Positions 49,886 to 59,900 of a stretch of DNA of 64,000 nt are shown here, piece by piece. The stretch is from Flavobacteriales bacterium. GTDB taxonomy: Bacteria; Bacteroidota; Bacteroidia; NS11-12g; UBA955. A model generated the notes under the pieces. That model was not told where the DNA came from. It saw only the letters and a program-made list of their open reading frames with translations, and searched no databases. Where the stretch lies: assembly GCA_947496375.1 (NCBI GenBank), contig CANMCY010000008.1, positions 16,817 through 80,816 on the forward strand. Reading direction: 5' to 3'. The position numbers and the translations under genes are program-made. Every line of letters starts with the position of its first letter. The stretch's first letter is position 1.

Positions 49886-50001
49886 TTGCACATCAAAAAA
49901 TGCAATAAAAATGATAAATGCACATATAAAAGTGCAAAAAACTAATAAAAAGGTATTTTAATCGTGCAAAAAATAGTAAATTTGCATTCATAAAAGTGCA
50001 A
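49886..50001. promoter_or_regulatory. array of palindromic operator-like sites TTGCA-N10-TGCAA at 32-bp spacing
   Basis: sites at 49886, 49918 (ATGCA left half), 49950 (right half only), 49982; -7 box TAAATTTG at 49977-49984. Confidence 0.75.
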
Positions 50002-50002
50002 A

Positions 50003-51196
50003 ATGGAACATTTTTTTGAACATTCTGCCCGGCTCATGTCTCGCGTTCGAACCTCTATATACAGGCAGGTTCAGGACAGCATTCATTGGGACGACAGGTT
50101 GATAGGCATTCTCGGCGCCAGAGGCACAGGAAAATCCACGCTTCTGATTCAGCAAATGCGGAAACTGAACCTGCAGCGCAACGAGGTTGTGTATATGAGT
50201 CTCGATGACCTGTACTTTGCGGGAAACTCACTCTTTCAGACCATAGAAGCGTTTATTCAACAGGGTGGCAAATACCTTTTTCTCGACGAGGTACACAAAT
50301 ACCCTGAATGGAGCAGGCATATTAAAAATGTATATGATATGTACCCCGAGTTGTATATTGTGTTCACGGGCTCTTCCGTTCTTGATTTGCGCAGGCAAGA
50401 TGCCGATCTCAGTCGGCGTGCCGTGATGTATCGCATGCAGGGCCTTTCATTTCGGGAGTATTTGCTCCTAAAACATAAGATGGAATTGCCATCTGTTACA
50501 CTCGAATCGCTTTTTCTGGATGCAGGTGCAGCTTATGCTACTTTCCCCGAGGATTTTCGTCCATTTGTATACTTTGAAGATTACCTCAAAACCGGTTACT
50601 ATCCATTTTTTACTGAAGGTGAAGCATCCTATCATCGAAAATTGCAACAGGTAATCAGGCTGGTGCTCGAATCTGATTTGGCAGAAATGCCGGGTTTTGA
50701 TGTTCGTAATGCCCGTAAAATGTTGCAGCTGCTGTATATTCTCGCATCCAATGTGCCGTTCAAGCCCAATGTTACCAAGCTGGCATCCCAGACAGGAATT
50801 GCACGCAATATTGTAAACAGTTATTTGCAACATTTGCAGGAGGCCAGTTTACTTACCCTGATGTATCATGAGGGCAACAGCACTGCCATACTTGCAAAAC
50901 CAGAAAAGGTTTACCTGGAAAATCCCAACCTGTCTTATGCCATTGTTCCCGATTCCGTGAACCGAGGCAGTCTGCGAGAAACCTTTTTTGTTAATCAGGT
51001 AAAAATGCATGCCCATCTGGCACTGTCAAAACAGGGTGATTTTATTGTCGATGGAAAATACACCCTGGAAATTGGGGGTAAAAACAAGTCCAATGCGCAA
51101 ATCAATCATATCCCACATGCGTATAGGGTACTTGATAATGTGGTGGTTCCTTATGGCAATGTTATCCCCCTTTGGATGTTCGGTTTTCTTTATTGA
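50003..51196 (+). CDS. AAA_14/DUF4143-type ATPase with winged-HTH and PD-(D/E)xK-like tail
   Basis: Walker A GARGTGKS, Walker B LFLDEVH, FTGSS, LSFREY, TGYYP, NVTKLASQTGIARNIVNSYL, KVYLEN, GDF..LEIGGK. Confidence 0.9.
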   Translation: MEHFFEHSARLMSRVRTSIYRQVQDSIHWDDRLIGILGARGTGKSTLLIQQMRKLNLQRNEVVYMSLDDLYFAGNSLFQTIEAFIQQGGKYLFLDEVHKYPEWSRHIKNVYDMYPELYIVFTGSSVLDLRRQDADLSRRAVMYRMQGLSFREYLLLKHKMELPSVTLESLFLDAGAAYATFPEDFRPFVYFEDYLKTGYYPFFTEGEASYHRKLQQVIRLVLESDLAEMPGFDVRNARKMLQLLYILASNVPFKPNVTKLASQTGIARNIVNSYLQHLQEASLLTLMYHEGNSTAILAKPEKVYLENPNLSYAIVPDSVNRGSLRETFFVNQVKMHAHLALSKQGDFIVDGKYTLEIGGKNKSNAQINHIPHAYRVLDNVVVPYGNVIPLWMFGFLY

Positions 51197-51214
51197 TGCC
51201 CCTATTTTTGCCAT

Positions 51215-51976
51215 ATGAAAATTCTTACCTACAATGTCAACGGCATACGCAGTGCTGCTTCCAAGGGCCTTTTTGATTTTTTAAAGGACGAAAATCCTGA
51301 TGTGGTTTGTCTGCAGGAAATCAAGGCCACACAAGATCAGGCCGATATAGCTGCCATCGAGGCGTTGGGGTATCATCATTTCTGGTTTTCAGCGATTAAA
51401 AAGGGGTATAGCGGGGTGGCCATTTTCAGCAAACAAGCCCCCAACCATGTGCATTACGGCTGTGATAATGAAGAATACGACCACGAAGGCCGCGTCATCC
51501 GCGCCGATTTTGATAATTACAGTGTTATTTCAGCGTATTTCCCCAGCGGCACCAGTGGAGATCACCGCCAGGATGTAAAGTATAAGTTCCTGGATTATTT
51601 CTTTGACTATTGCAATCAACTGCGCAAAACCTTACCCGGACTGGTGGTGTGTGGCGATTACAATATCTGTCATAAACCCATCGACATCCACGATCCGGTG
51701 AGCAACAAAAACAGCACAGGATTTTTACCCGAAGAACGGGCCTGGATGGACAAATGGTTTAACAATGGCATGGTGGATACCTTCCGCGAATTTCACCCCG
51801 AGCCGCACCGCTATACCTGGTGGAGTTTTAGGGCCAACGCCAGGGCCAACAACAAGGGCTGGAGAATTGATTATATCAGCGTATCCGAAAACCTAAAAGC
51901 AAACCTCAAATCGGCGGATATATTGGCGGATGCCAAACATTCGGATCATTGCCCTTCCTATGTGGTAATGTTGTAA
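51215..51976 (+). CDS. xth: exodeoxyribonuclease III
   Basis: YNVNGIR, LQEIK, GYSGVA, GDYN, GWRIDY, SDHCP. Confidence 0.96.
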   Translation: MKILTYNVNGIRSAASKGLFDFLKDENPDVVCLQEIKATQDQADIAAIEALGYHHFWFSAIKKGYSGVAIFSKQAPNHVHYGCDNEEYDHEGRVIRADFDNYSVISAYFPSGTSGDHRQDVKYKFLDYFFDYCNQLRKTLPGLVVCGDYNICHKPIDIHDPVSNKNSTGFLPEERAWMDKWFNNGMVDTFREFHPEPHRYTWWSFRANARANNKGWRIDYISVSENLKANLKSADILADAKHSDHCPSYVVML

Positions 51977-51986
51977 AGACGCATAA

Positions 51987-53156
51987 TTATGCGTCTTTAC
52001 AACATTCACCCCATTCACCCGAAATGGTGAGGGATTTTTTGTCCGATGCCTCGGTATAGCCGATTATCGCGCTATCGATATGATACGATTTGGCAATATC
52101 CATCATGGTTTCAGCCGATTTTTCATCGGTATAAATCTCCAGGCGGTGCCCCATGTTAAAGACCCTGAACATTTCTGACCAATCGGTGCCGCTTTCTTCT
52201 TTAATCATCCGGAATAATGGCGGAATGGGTAACAGGTTGTTTTTTACCACATGAATATTGTCGGTAAAGTGCAAAACCTTGGTTTGTCCGCCGCCGCTGC
52301 AGTGCACCATACCTTTTACAGCGGGTCTCAGTTCTTTTAGTATGCTTTTAACCAGTGGTGCGTAGGTGCGAGTCGGTGATAATACAAGTTTTCCGGCATC
52401 CAGCGGACTGCCCGCAACCGCATCAGTGAGCTTTTTGCTGCCGCAATACACCACGTTTTCGGGGAGGGCAGTATCGTATGATTCAGGATATTTCTCTCGG
52501 TACATGCTGCTAAAAACATCGTGGCGCGCGCTGGTGAGACCATTGCTGCCCATGCCACCGTTGTATTCGGTTTCGTAGGTGGTTTGGCCGTAAGAAGCAA
52601 AGCCCACAATCACCTGCCCGGGGGCAATGGTATGGTTACTGATAATATCGCTGCGCTTTGCCCTTGCAGTTAATGTTGAATCTACAATAAGTGTGCGCAC
52701 CAAATCGCCCACATCGGCAGTTTCGCCTCCGGTGGTGTAGATTTCAATGCCCATGTCGCGCATGGAAGCGCAAAACTCCTCGGTACCGTTGATGATGGCG
52801 GCAATCACTTCACCCGGGATGAGGTTTTTATTGCGGCCAATGGTGCTGCTCAGCAGGAAAGGACCGGTAACGCCCACGCAGAGCAGGTCGTCGGTGTTCA
52901 TCACAATTGCATCCTGCGCAATGCCTTTCCATACGCTCATATCGCCGGTTTCGCGCCAGTAGAGGTAGGCCAGACTGCTCTTGGTGCCGGCACCATCGGC
53001 ATGCATAATGTTGCAGAATTCAGGGTCATTGCCCAGCAGGTCGGGAATGATTTTGCAGAATGCCTTGGGGTAAAGGCCTTTATCGACGTGCCGGATGGCG
53101 TTGTGCACATCCTCTTTTTGGCTGGAAACACCGCGCAAACCGTATTTATCCTGCAT
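51987..53156 (-). CDS. purM: phosphoribosylformylglycinamidine cyclo-ligase (Bacteroidota AIR synthase)
   Basis: HADGAGTKS, GGETADVGD, GSNGLT, HCSGGG, FNMG. Confidence 0.88.
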   Translation of the reverse strand: MQDKYGLRGVSSQKEDVHNAIRHVDKGLYPKAFCKIIPDLLGNDPEFCNIMHADGAGTKSSLAYLYWRETGDMSVWKGIAQDAIVMNTDDLLCVGVTGPFLLSSTIGRNKNLIPGEVIAAIINGTEEFCASMRDMGIEIYTTGGETADVGDLVRTLIVDSTLTARAKRSDIISNHTIAPGQVIVGFASYGQTTYETEYNGGMGSNGLTSARHDVFSSMYREKYPESYDTALPENVVYCGSKKLTDAVAGSPLDAGKLVLSPTRTYAPLVKSILKELRPAVKGMVHCSGGGQTKVLHFTDNIHVVKNNLLPIPPLFRMIKEESGTDWSEMFRVFNMGHRLEIYTDEKSAETMMDIAKSYHIDSAIIGYTEASDKKSLTISGEWGECCKDA

Positions 53157-53247
53157 GAGTGCAAATATACGCAAGGGGTTTCGAGAACTTTTTAAAAGTT
53201 GTCCATTACAGGATGCAACCTATTCACAAATCCCCGATTTTTGCAAT

Positions 53248-54018
53248 ATGACAAAACCCCTGATATTGATCAGCAATGATGACGGAATTACTTCACCCGG
53301 TATATCGGCCCTGGTAGAAACCATGCTCGAGCTGGGCGAGGTGATTGTGGTGGCGCCGGATAAGCCCCAGAGTGCCATGGGACACGCCATTACCATCAAC
53401 CAGCCCATTCGGCTTACCAAGGTAGAGCTGTTTCAGGGGGTGGAGTCATGGCAGTGCAGCGGAACACCCGTAGACTGCGTAAAAATTGCCATTGACAAGA
53501 TATTGCCCCGCAAACCCGATCTGATGGTTTCAGGGATTAATCATGGCAGCAACAGCAGCATCAATGTAATTTATTCAGGCACCATGAGTGCCGCCATGGA
53601 AGGGGCAATTGACGGGATGAAAGCCATTGGTTTTTCATTATGCGATTACAGCTGGGATGCCAATTTTCTTCCTGCGAAACCTTTCATTAAAAAGATTGCC
53701 GAGAATGTGCTCAATAATAATTTGCCATACGGCACCCTGCTGAATGTGAATATTCCCAAGCCCGAAGACGGCGTTATCAAAGGAATCAAGGTTTGCCGAC
53801 AGGCGCAGGCCAAGTGGAAAGAAGATTTTGATCAGCGTACCGACCCGTTTGGCAGAACCTATTACTGGATGACCGGTAAATTTGTGAATATGGATCACGG
53901 ACAGGATACCGACGAATGGGCGTTGCAAAACGGATATATTTCTGTGGTGCCCACCATGTTTGATTTAACCGATCATCAGCGCATTGGTACGCTTAATAAC
54001 TGGGATTTGAATGGATAG
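53248..54018 (+). CDS. surE: 5'/3'-nucleotidase SurE
   Basis: SNDDG, GTPVDCV, SGIN.G.N, YSGT. Confidence 0.96.
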   Translation: MTKPLILISNDDGITSPGISALVETMLELGEVIVVAPDKPQSAMGHAITINQPIRLTKVELFQGVESWQCSGTPVDCVKIAIDKILPRKPDLMVSGINHGSNSSINVIYSGTMSAAMEGAIDGMKAIGFSLCDYSWDANFLPAKPFIKKIAENVLNNNLPYGTLLNVNIPKPEDGVIKGIKVCRQAQAKWKEDFDQRTDPFGRTYYWMTGKFVNMDHGQDTDEWALQNGYISVVPTMFDLTDHQRIGTLNNWDLNG

Positions 54019-54307
54019 AATTATTCAGCTCATCAGCGGTTTACTCATAGCGGCCATGCTGCCCATGCTGGTGGCGGGCTGGATTGCCATGGCACAGGGC
54101 ATACAGTTTCAGACCATCATTTACGCCATATTGCATGGCAAGGGATTTTATAATACCTATTATCAGGTGGGTGTGGCGGCTAATATTGGCCTATTCTTCC
54201 TGATTATGCGCAATCCCAAATTGCTCAATTTTGGTCGTGGCTGGCTGATTGCCACAGTGCTGAATGCCTTGTGGACCATCATTATTGACCTGAACTGGTT
54301 TACATGA
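54011..54307 (+). CDS. small hypothetical membrane protein
   Basis: 98 aa, 3 TM helices, overlaps both neighbours. Confidence 0.7.
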   Translation: MDRIIQLISGLLIAAMLPMLVAGWIAMAQGIQFQTIIYAILHGKGFYNTYYQVGVAANIGLFFLIMRNPKLLNFGRGWLIATVLNALWTIIIDLNWFT

Positions 54308-55431
54308 GCCGGCCCCACACATATTACCTGGTGGCAGGCGAGGCCAGCGGCGATTTGCATGGCGCCAATCTCATTGCGGCCATCAAGAAACTTGATCCCG
54401 AAGCCCATATTCGCTGCTGGGGAGGTGATTTGATGCAGCAGGCAGGAGGGGAGCTGGTTTCGCATTACCGTGAGCGTGCCTTTATGGGTCTGTGGGAGGT
54501 GATTAAAAATATCCGAACCATTGGCAGGTTTTTGAAACAGGCCGAAAAGGATATACTCAACACCAAGCCCAATGTGCTGGTGCTGATTGATAATCCGGGT
54601 TTTAATATGCGGCTGGCCAAATTCGCCCATAGGGCGGGCATTCCGGTGCACTACTACATTGCGCCCAAGGTTTGGGCATGGAATACAGGCAGGGTAAAGG
54701 CCATCAGGGAGAATGTAGATAAGTTGTATTCCATTTTGCCGTTTGAGCCCGAATTTTTCAAAAAACACGGGGTAGATGCAGAATATGTAGGCAATCCCGT
54801 ATTGGATGAAATAGCCCTTAAAAAGCAAATTCTGTCTACTAAATCGCAATATTGCGATGGGGTAAAAAATATTGCATTGCTGCCCGGCAGCAGGGCTAAT
54901 GAAATAAGCAATGCTATGCCCATAATGATGGAACTGGCGGCATTAAAACCGGAGTGGAAGTTTAGTGTGGCTATGGCACCCAGTTTTGGCAGGGATTTTT
55001 ACAGCCGTTTTGCATTACCTGAAAATATGCAATTGTGCGAGGGAAAAACCTACGAAGTGCTGGCCCAAAGCGATGCGGCAGTGGTTACCAGTGGCACGGC
55101 CACGTTGGAAACTGCGCTGCTAAAGGTTCCGCAGGTGGTTTGTTACCTGGTGGCTGCCCTTACCTACTGGATAGGCAAGCGGGTGATTAAAGTGCCTTAT
55201 ATATCGCTGGTAAATTTGATATTAAATAAACCTACGGTTCCCGAATTAATACAGGGTGATTTTAATGCGGCGAAAATAGCTGCGCACTTGGAATCCTTGC
55301 TCGAGGGGCCGCAACGGGAACAGCAGCTACAGGAGTATGCGCTACTTGAAACCATGCTTGGAGAGGCGGGGGCGTCGGAGAGGGTGGCGGAGAAGGTGGT
55401 GCGGTCGGTGAGGGATAGGAAGGAAGGGTGA
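54304..55431 (+). CDS. lpxB: lipid-A-disaccharide synthase
   Basis: AGEASGDLHG, ID.PGFN, PKVWAW, LPGSR..E, SGTATLE. Confidence 0.96.
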   Translation: MSRPHTYYLVAGEASGDLHGANLIAAIKKLDPEAHIRCWGGDLMQQAGGELVSHYRERAFMGLWEVIKNIRTIGRFLKQAEKDILNTKPNVLVLIDNPGFNMRLAKFAHRAGIPVHYYIAPKVWAWNTGRVKAIRENVDKLYSILPFEPEFFKKHGVDAEYVGNPVLDEIALKKQILSTKSQYCDGVKNIALLPGSRANEISNAMPIMMELAALKPEWKFSVAMAPSFGRDFYSRFALPENMQLCEGKTYEVLAQSDAAVVTSGTATLETALLKVPQVVCYLVAALTYWIGKRVIKVPYISLVNLILNKPTVPELIQGDFNAAKIAAHLESLLEGPQREQQLQEYALLETMLGEAGASERVAEKVVRSVRDRKEG

Positions 55432-55475
55432 GTTTTTATAGCGGTGTTGGGCTTGGCGGAGTTGTCGTCACTTTT

Positions 55476-55775
55476 TTATTCAATTAATCTGTTTTTTAAA
55501 TCCATGCGCTCATGCAGTATCCTGATAATTTCTATTTCTTGCTCACTTATAATTTGATAGAATATGATGTGCTTACCTGTTCGGAGTCCAAATAGGTTGC
55601 TATTTATTTCTTCATATTTTTTTCCAAGGTCTGGATTTATTCCAATTTGTTTACATGCAAAGTTTAAACTTGCATAGTACTTATCTGCTTGCTTTTCAGA
55701 CCATTTGTCAATTGTGTAATTCCAAATATTATTTAAGTCGTCAATGGCAGCTTGTCTTAAAACAACTTTAGCCAT
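55476..55775 (-). CDS. parE: type II TA toxin, ParE family
   Basis: A..DL..IW.YT...W...QA..Y, HIIFY, IIRILHERMD. Confidence 0.92.
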   Translation of the reverse strand: MAKVVLRQAAIDDLNNIWNYTIDKWSEKQADKYYASLNFACKQIGINPDLGKKYEEINSNLFGLRTGKHIIFYQIISEQEIEIIRILHERMDLKNRLIE

Positions 55776-56010
55776 TTTTACTTTTCTTCAATAATTTTAA
55801 GTTTTCGTCGAAATCAAAATTCTCAATTCTAGGGCTATCTAATCCTTCCTGAATGGCTGATTTCAAAGCAAGCATTTTGGTTTCTTCATCTTCTAAGAGT
55901 CGAAGTCCGGCGCGAATTACTTCGCTGACATTCTTGTAGCGTCCAGCAGCTATTTGGCTGCTTACAAACTGGTCAAAGTAGTGGCCCAGTGATATGGATG
56001 TATTCTTCAT
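55768..56010 (-). CDS. parD: type II TA antitoxin, ParD family (RHH)
   Basis: NTSISLG, GRYKNVSEVIRAGLRLLE, AIQEG; overlaps toxin start. Confidence 0.92.
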   Translation of the reverse strand: MKNTSISLGHYFDQFVSSQIAAGRYKNVSEVIRAGLRLLEDEETKMLALKSAIQEGLDSPRIENFDFDENLKLLKKSKNG

Positions 56011-56025
56011 ATGCATTACTTTTTA

Positions 56026-56047
56026 CAAAGTTACCAAAAATTGGTAA
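56026..56047 (-). promoter_or_regulatory. parDE promoter with overlapping palindromic operator
   Basis: -7 box TAACTTTG (minus, 56026-56033) overlapping TTACCAA-AAA-TTGGTAA (56031-56047). Confidence 0.7.
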
Positions 56048-56224
56048 ATATGCAAGTAGCCTGATTGTTGATTAGACGCTTTATATCGATTGTGTGCGTG
56101 CTGATGAGCAAAATTGCCACTAACTCATTTATAGCGTAAGTTTTCACCTTCAGGTATTCCCTTTTTAATGCGCCTTTAATAGGGCATTGCAAAGAACCTA
56201 TAGCCGTGGCCAACCATACATGGC

Positions 56225-56638
56225 TCATTCAGATGGCCGATCACCCAAATTAAGCGTTCTTCTGATTCGCACTTCTCCGGCCGGGTTCTTCGTGTGGATT
56301 AAACATTCAGGGAGAGGTATGTTTTTCTCCAGACAAAAACTCTTCAAAAATGCTGCTGACCTTCTTCCGGTGGGTTCTGTAAATTGTTTGTAAGCATGTT
56401 CGTATGCCTCAACGCCTTTCCACATCGCAGGATGATAGTGTTCATCATCCAGGTCGTGGTCAAATGAAACCAGTTTTGGGAATTCGCCATCTTCCCACCG
56501 AGTCTCCAGTTCCTGAACAAATGCTTCATGGCTTTTTACAATCACCCATGTCTCTGTGCCGTAGCGTTCGTCATCCTTGTATTCCAGACAGTCTTCGGGG
56601 ATTCTGTAGTCATCTAAAAAAAGGTTGTAATGTTTCAT
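56225..56638 (-). CDS. cyclic-phosphate-processing receiver (cREC-like) domain protein
   Basis: LFLDDYR.P, W, SFDHDL, TG, HTKNPAG motif pattern. Confidence 0.78.
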   Translation of the reverse strand: MKHYNLFLDDYRIPEDCLEYKDDERYGTETWVIVKSHEAFVQELETRWEDGEFPKLVSFDHDLDDEHYHPAMWKGVEAYEHAYKQFTEPTGRRSAAFLKSFCLEKNIPLPECLIHTKNPAGEVRIRRTLNLGDRPSE

Positions 56639-56796
56639 GTTCAAGCGGGTGTAAGTATTAATGAATGATAATGCAATTTACAAATAAAAATATATTTTGT
56701 AGTGTTATTCAAACTGATGCTTAAGCATTGGAGACAGTGTCTTTCGTAAAAAATTTGCGGAAGTGACAGGTAAAGTATTAAATTTGCAGTCCCAAA

Positions 56797-56870
<74 letters not shown>

Positions 56871-56875
56871 CAGAA

Positions 56876-56900
56876 GACCCGCGAAAATGCGGGTTTTTTT
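56876..56900 (+). terminator. terminator after tRNA-Ala
   Basis: GACCCGC-GAAAAT-GCGGGTTTTTTT. Confidence 0.75.
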
Positions 56901-56920
56901 ATGGGATTTAGTTTTCACAC

Positions 56921-56962
56921 ATAAAACAAAAACCCGGCTTCTCAGCCGGGTTTTTGTTTTAT
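56921..56962. terminator. terminator of the choice-of-anchor I gene
   Basis: ATAAAACAAAAACCCGGCT-TCTC-AGCCGGGTTTTTGTTTTAT. Confidence 0.8.
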
Positions 56963-56976
56963 TGGATTGGATAGGT

Positions 56977-59900
56977 TTAATGCTGTATCAGCAGGCGGCC
57001 GGTGGCTCCATGGTTCAATGTGATGTTGTATAGGCCTGCAGGAAGCTTGGCAACATTAACATGCGTGGTTTTTTCTGCAGTCAACACTACCTGCCCCTGC
57101 ATGTTGGTGATGCTGATATGATCTACCATTTTGCTGAGGTTCAATACCGCATCTGCCGGAACAGGGTAGAAGGCAATGCCATCGAGGGTTTGTTTATTCA
57201 CGCCCGTGGCTTTGTCATTGTCTGCAATGCTAATCAGGCAGGTTGCGCTTGAGCCCTTGGTTGCACCAAAACTCACGCTGCGAATGCTGACGCTCGCTGC
57301 TTCTGTGCTTTCAATCTCGGTATCGTCTGTGGCTAGCAAGCTGATTTCGCTTGTGGTGGCACCTTTGGGTATGGTAACAACAATCGAATCGCCGGTAAGG
57401 GCAGGCGTGGTGCTGTAATCGGCAGCTGAAGCGGTGGTGTTGGATACGGAAAGCACCACACGGGTAGCGTAGTTTGAAGCTTTATCCAGCTGAACAGTCA
57501 ATTTTTCAGCAACTGCACCTTCTGTGATGGTCACGTTTGCTTTGTTAAGGGTTGCGGTAGCTACAGGATAAGTGCCGCTTACCTCATACATGCTCACCGT
57601 AGCGCTAACTTCATTGCTCAGCACAATCATGTGTTTGCCGGTGGGCGACTCGTTGGCAGGGATGAACAGAATGCCCTCTGAACCCAGATCGCCGTCGCCT
57701 GCGGGTAAGCGGGTGTTGATGTAATCAACGAACACTGGTTTCAAAGGATTCTGCACATTGTATACCATTACCCCACCGGTTCTTTCCAGTGCGATGAACG
57801 CATAGGTGGTATCATTGATTACGCCCATGGCCACGCCTTCGGGCTCAGGGCCTTTGTTGTCGCTGCGGTTTTTAATGGCAGGTGCGCCTGTGGTATTGCT
57901 GGCATTGAAGTACCTGCGCCACTGGGTATCGGTTGCAGTGTAGCGTTCAAAGTCGTTTTTGCTATCGTATTGCAGTTTCATGTCTGCGGCACTCCAGATG
58001 CTGAATGAACGGCTTCCGGCCATCATGATTTCATCGATATCGCCGTCACCATCGGTGTCACCGGCTCTGCCGGTCACGGTGAGGCGGCCCAGGTTGTGCC
58101 CGGCTTTCAGCAGGCCTTGCTCAGGGAAGCGGGTAGAATCCAGCTTCATGGCAGAAACGCGCAGTTCTTCGGTAAGGGCGGTGTATTCGCGGTAATCTCC
58201 TTCATTGGCTGTAACCAGGTAATCTTTACCGCCTATGCTAAAGCTTTGAACGGCATCGGGAGAATAGAACGCCTTTACCGGCCATGCTCCCATCACAATC
58301 TGAGAGCCCTGATCGTTCACATCGGTGCTGTTTTCAGGCAGACTGAAATCTTTGCTGCCTAGCGCTACCAGCGTATCGATGCGGTTGGTTTGCAGGTTGA
58401 TGATGGCCATGGCATTGTTTTCCTGCAACGTAACGTATGCAGTGCGGCTGTCTGTCGAGAAAGTGATGTATTCGGGTTCCATATCCCGGCTGAAGGTGTT
58501 TCCTACGCCATATGCGCGAATACCGGATTGTTTCAGGGCGGCAGCATTGGCATTGAAACGTTTGAAATCAACGGTAGTTACCTTGCTTTGATCAACGCTG
58601 TTCAATCCTGCGCTGATATCAACGATTGACACGCTGCCTTCTGCATCCTGACTGTAGTCTGCTTCGGGCTGTGCTTCATTGGCGGTAAGGATTTTTTTAC
58701 CATCAGGGGTAAAGGTAACCATATCGGGCAATACGCCAACCGTAACGGTTTTCTTGAGGTTGCAACCGGTATCGAGTAGCAGCAATTTGCCGTCGGCACT
58801 GATGGTAGCGGATGGACAGGCCACTGCTACTATGCCGTTGTTGATGGCCACGCTGGTCAGTTCTCCGTATGGGGTGGCATCAAACACCTTGATTTCTTTG
58901 GGGTTGGAAGGATCTTTCAGGTCCACCATATGAACGGTATTTTTCAAAGAGTTTACCACATACAGACGTTTGCTGCCGGGATCATAGGCACTGATTTCAG
59001 CGCTGTTGCCTGTTCCGGCAACGCTGTAGCGACCGGCAAATTTGAGGGCAATGTTTTTTACGGGTTTAATCACGGGCTGGTCATTGTCAATAATAAAGAC
59101 AGTCTGGTCTTTGGTGCTACCTGTTACTCCGTTGTTGACGATGCTAAGGCGAAGGGCAAAATTTTCGTCGGCTTCTGTTTTGCTGTCTTTCACAATTGCG
59201 AAACCATATTTAAGGTCGCCTGCAAAGTTTGCGGGGATGGTATAAATACTATCTTTCCATACAAAATCTGAGTCTTTTTGTGCAGTTCCAAATTTACTCA
59301 CCAGGGCCACTTTTCCCTGAATGGTTTTGCTGTTTGGGGTAGATGTGCGAAGCGTAAAGAAAACGCTGTCTAAAGATTCGTTAACATACTGCACTGCGGC
59401 GGTAAATACCACGGTGGGGATGCTGGGCAATACGCTGCTTCCGGGTGTGGCGAAAATGTCGGTTATGCCGTTCCATGTGGCCACTTTGGTGCCCGAAATC
59501 TGCCAGTTTGAGGCATCGTTGTTTTCCAGGCGATAATCAATGATTTCCAGTGAAGGTCCGCCACCATCGGGTGTAGGAGGACCTAAAGTCCAGGGAGCTG
59601 CATCGTCGTAGTTTACAGAGTCGATGGTTTTGCCCAATGTATTGCGTATGAAAAGGGGCTCTCCTCCGTTGGAAAGGGCATCCGTATATTGGCCAAAGGG
59701 TTTGCCATAGAAACGTTTGCAGGCATTGCTATCCATGCCCATCAGGTAAAAGGCACCGGGGTTGAGGGTGATTTCCGGTAAGCTGGTTATTCCGCCATTG
59801 TGGAATGTTAAACCACCCAATGCAGCTGCTGTATTGCCTTTGTTCACGATTTCAATGAAATCAAGGGTGTCAGGGTCGCTGCTGGGTGAATTATACATGA

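Noticed and set aside
55365-55431. G-rich purine tract at the lpxB 3' end as a G-quadruplex or repeat
   Set aside because: It is in-frame coding sequence with irregular G-runs and no clear periodicity
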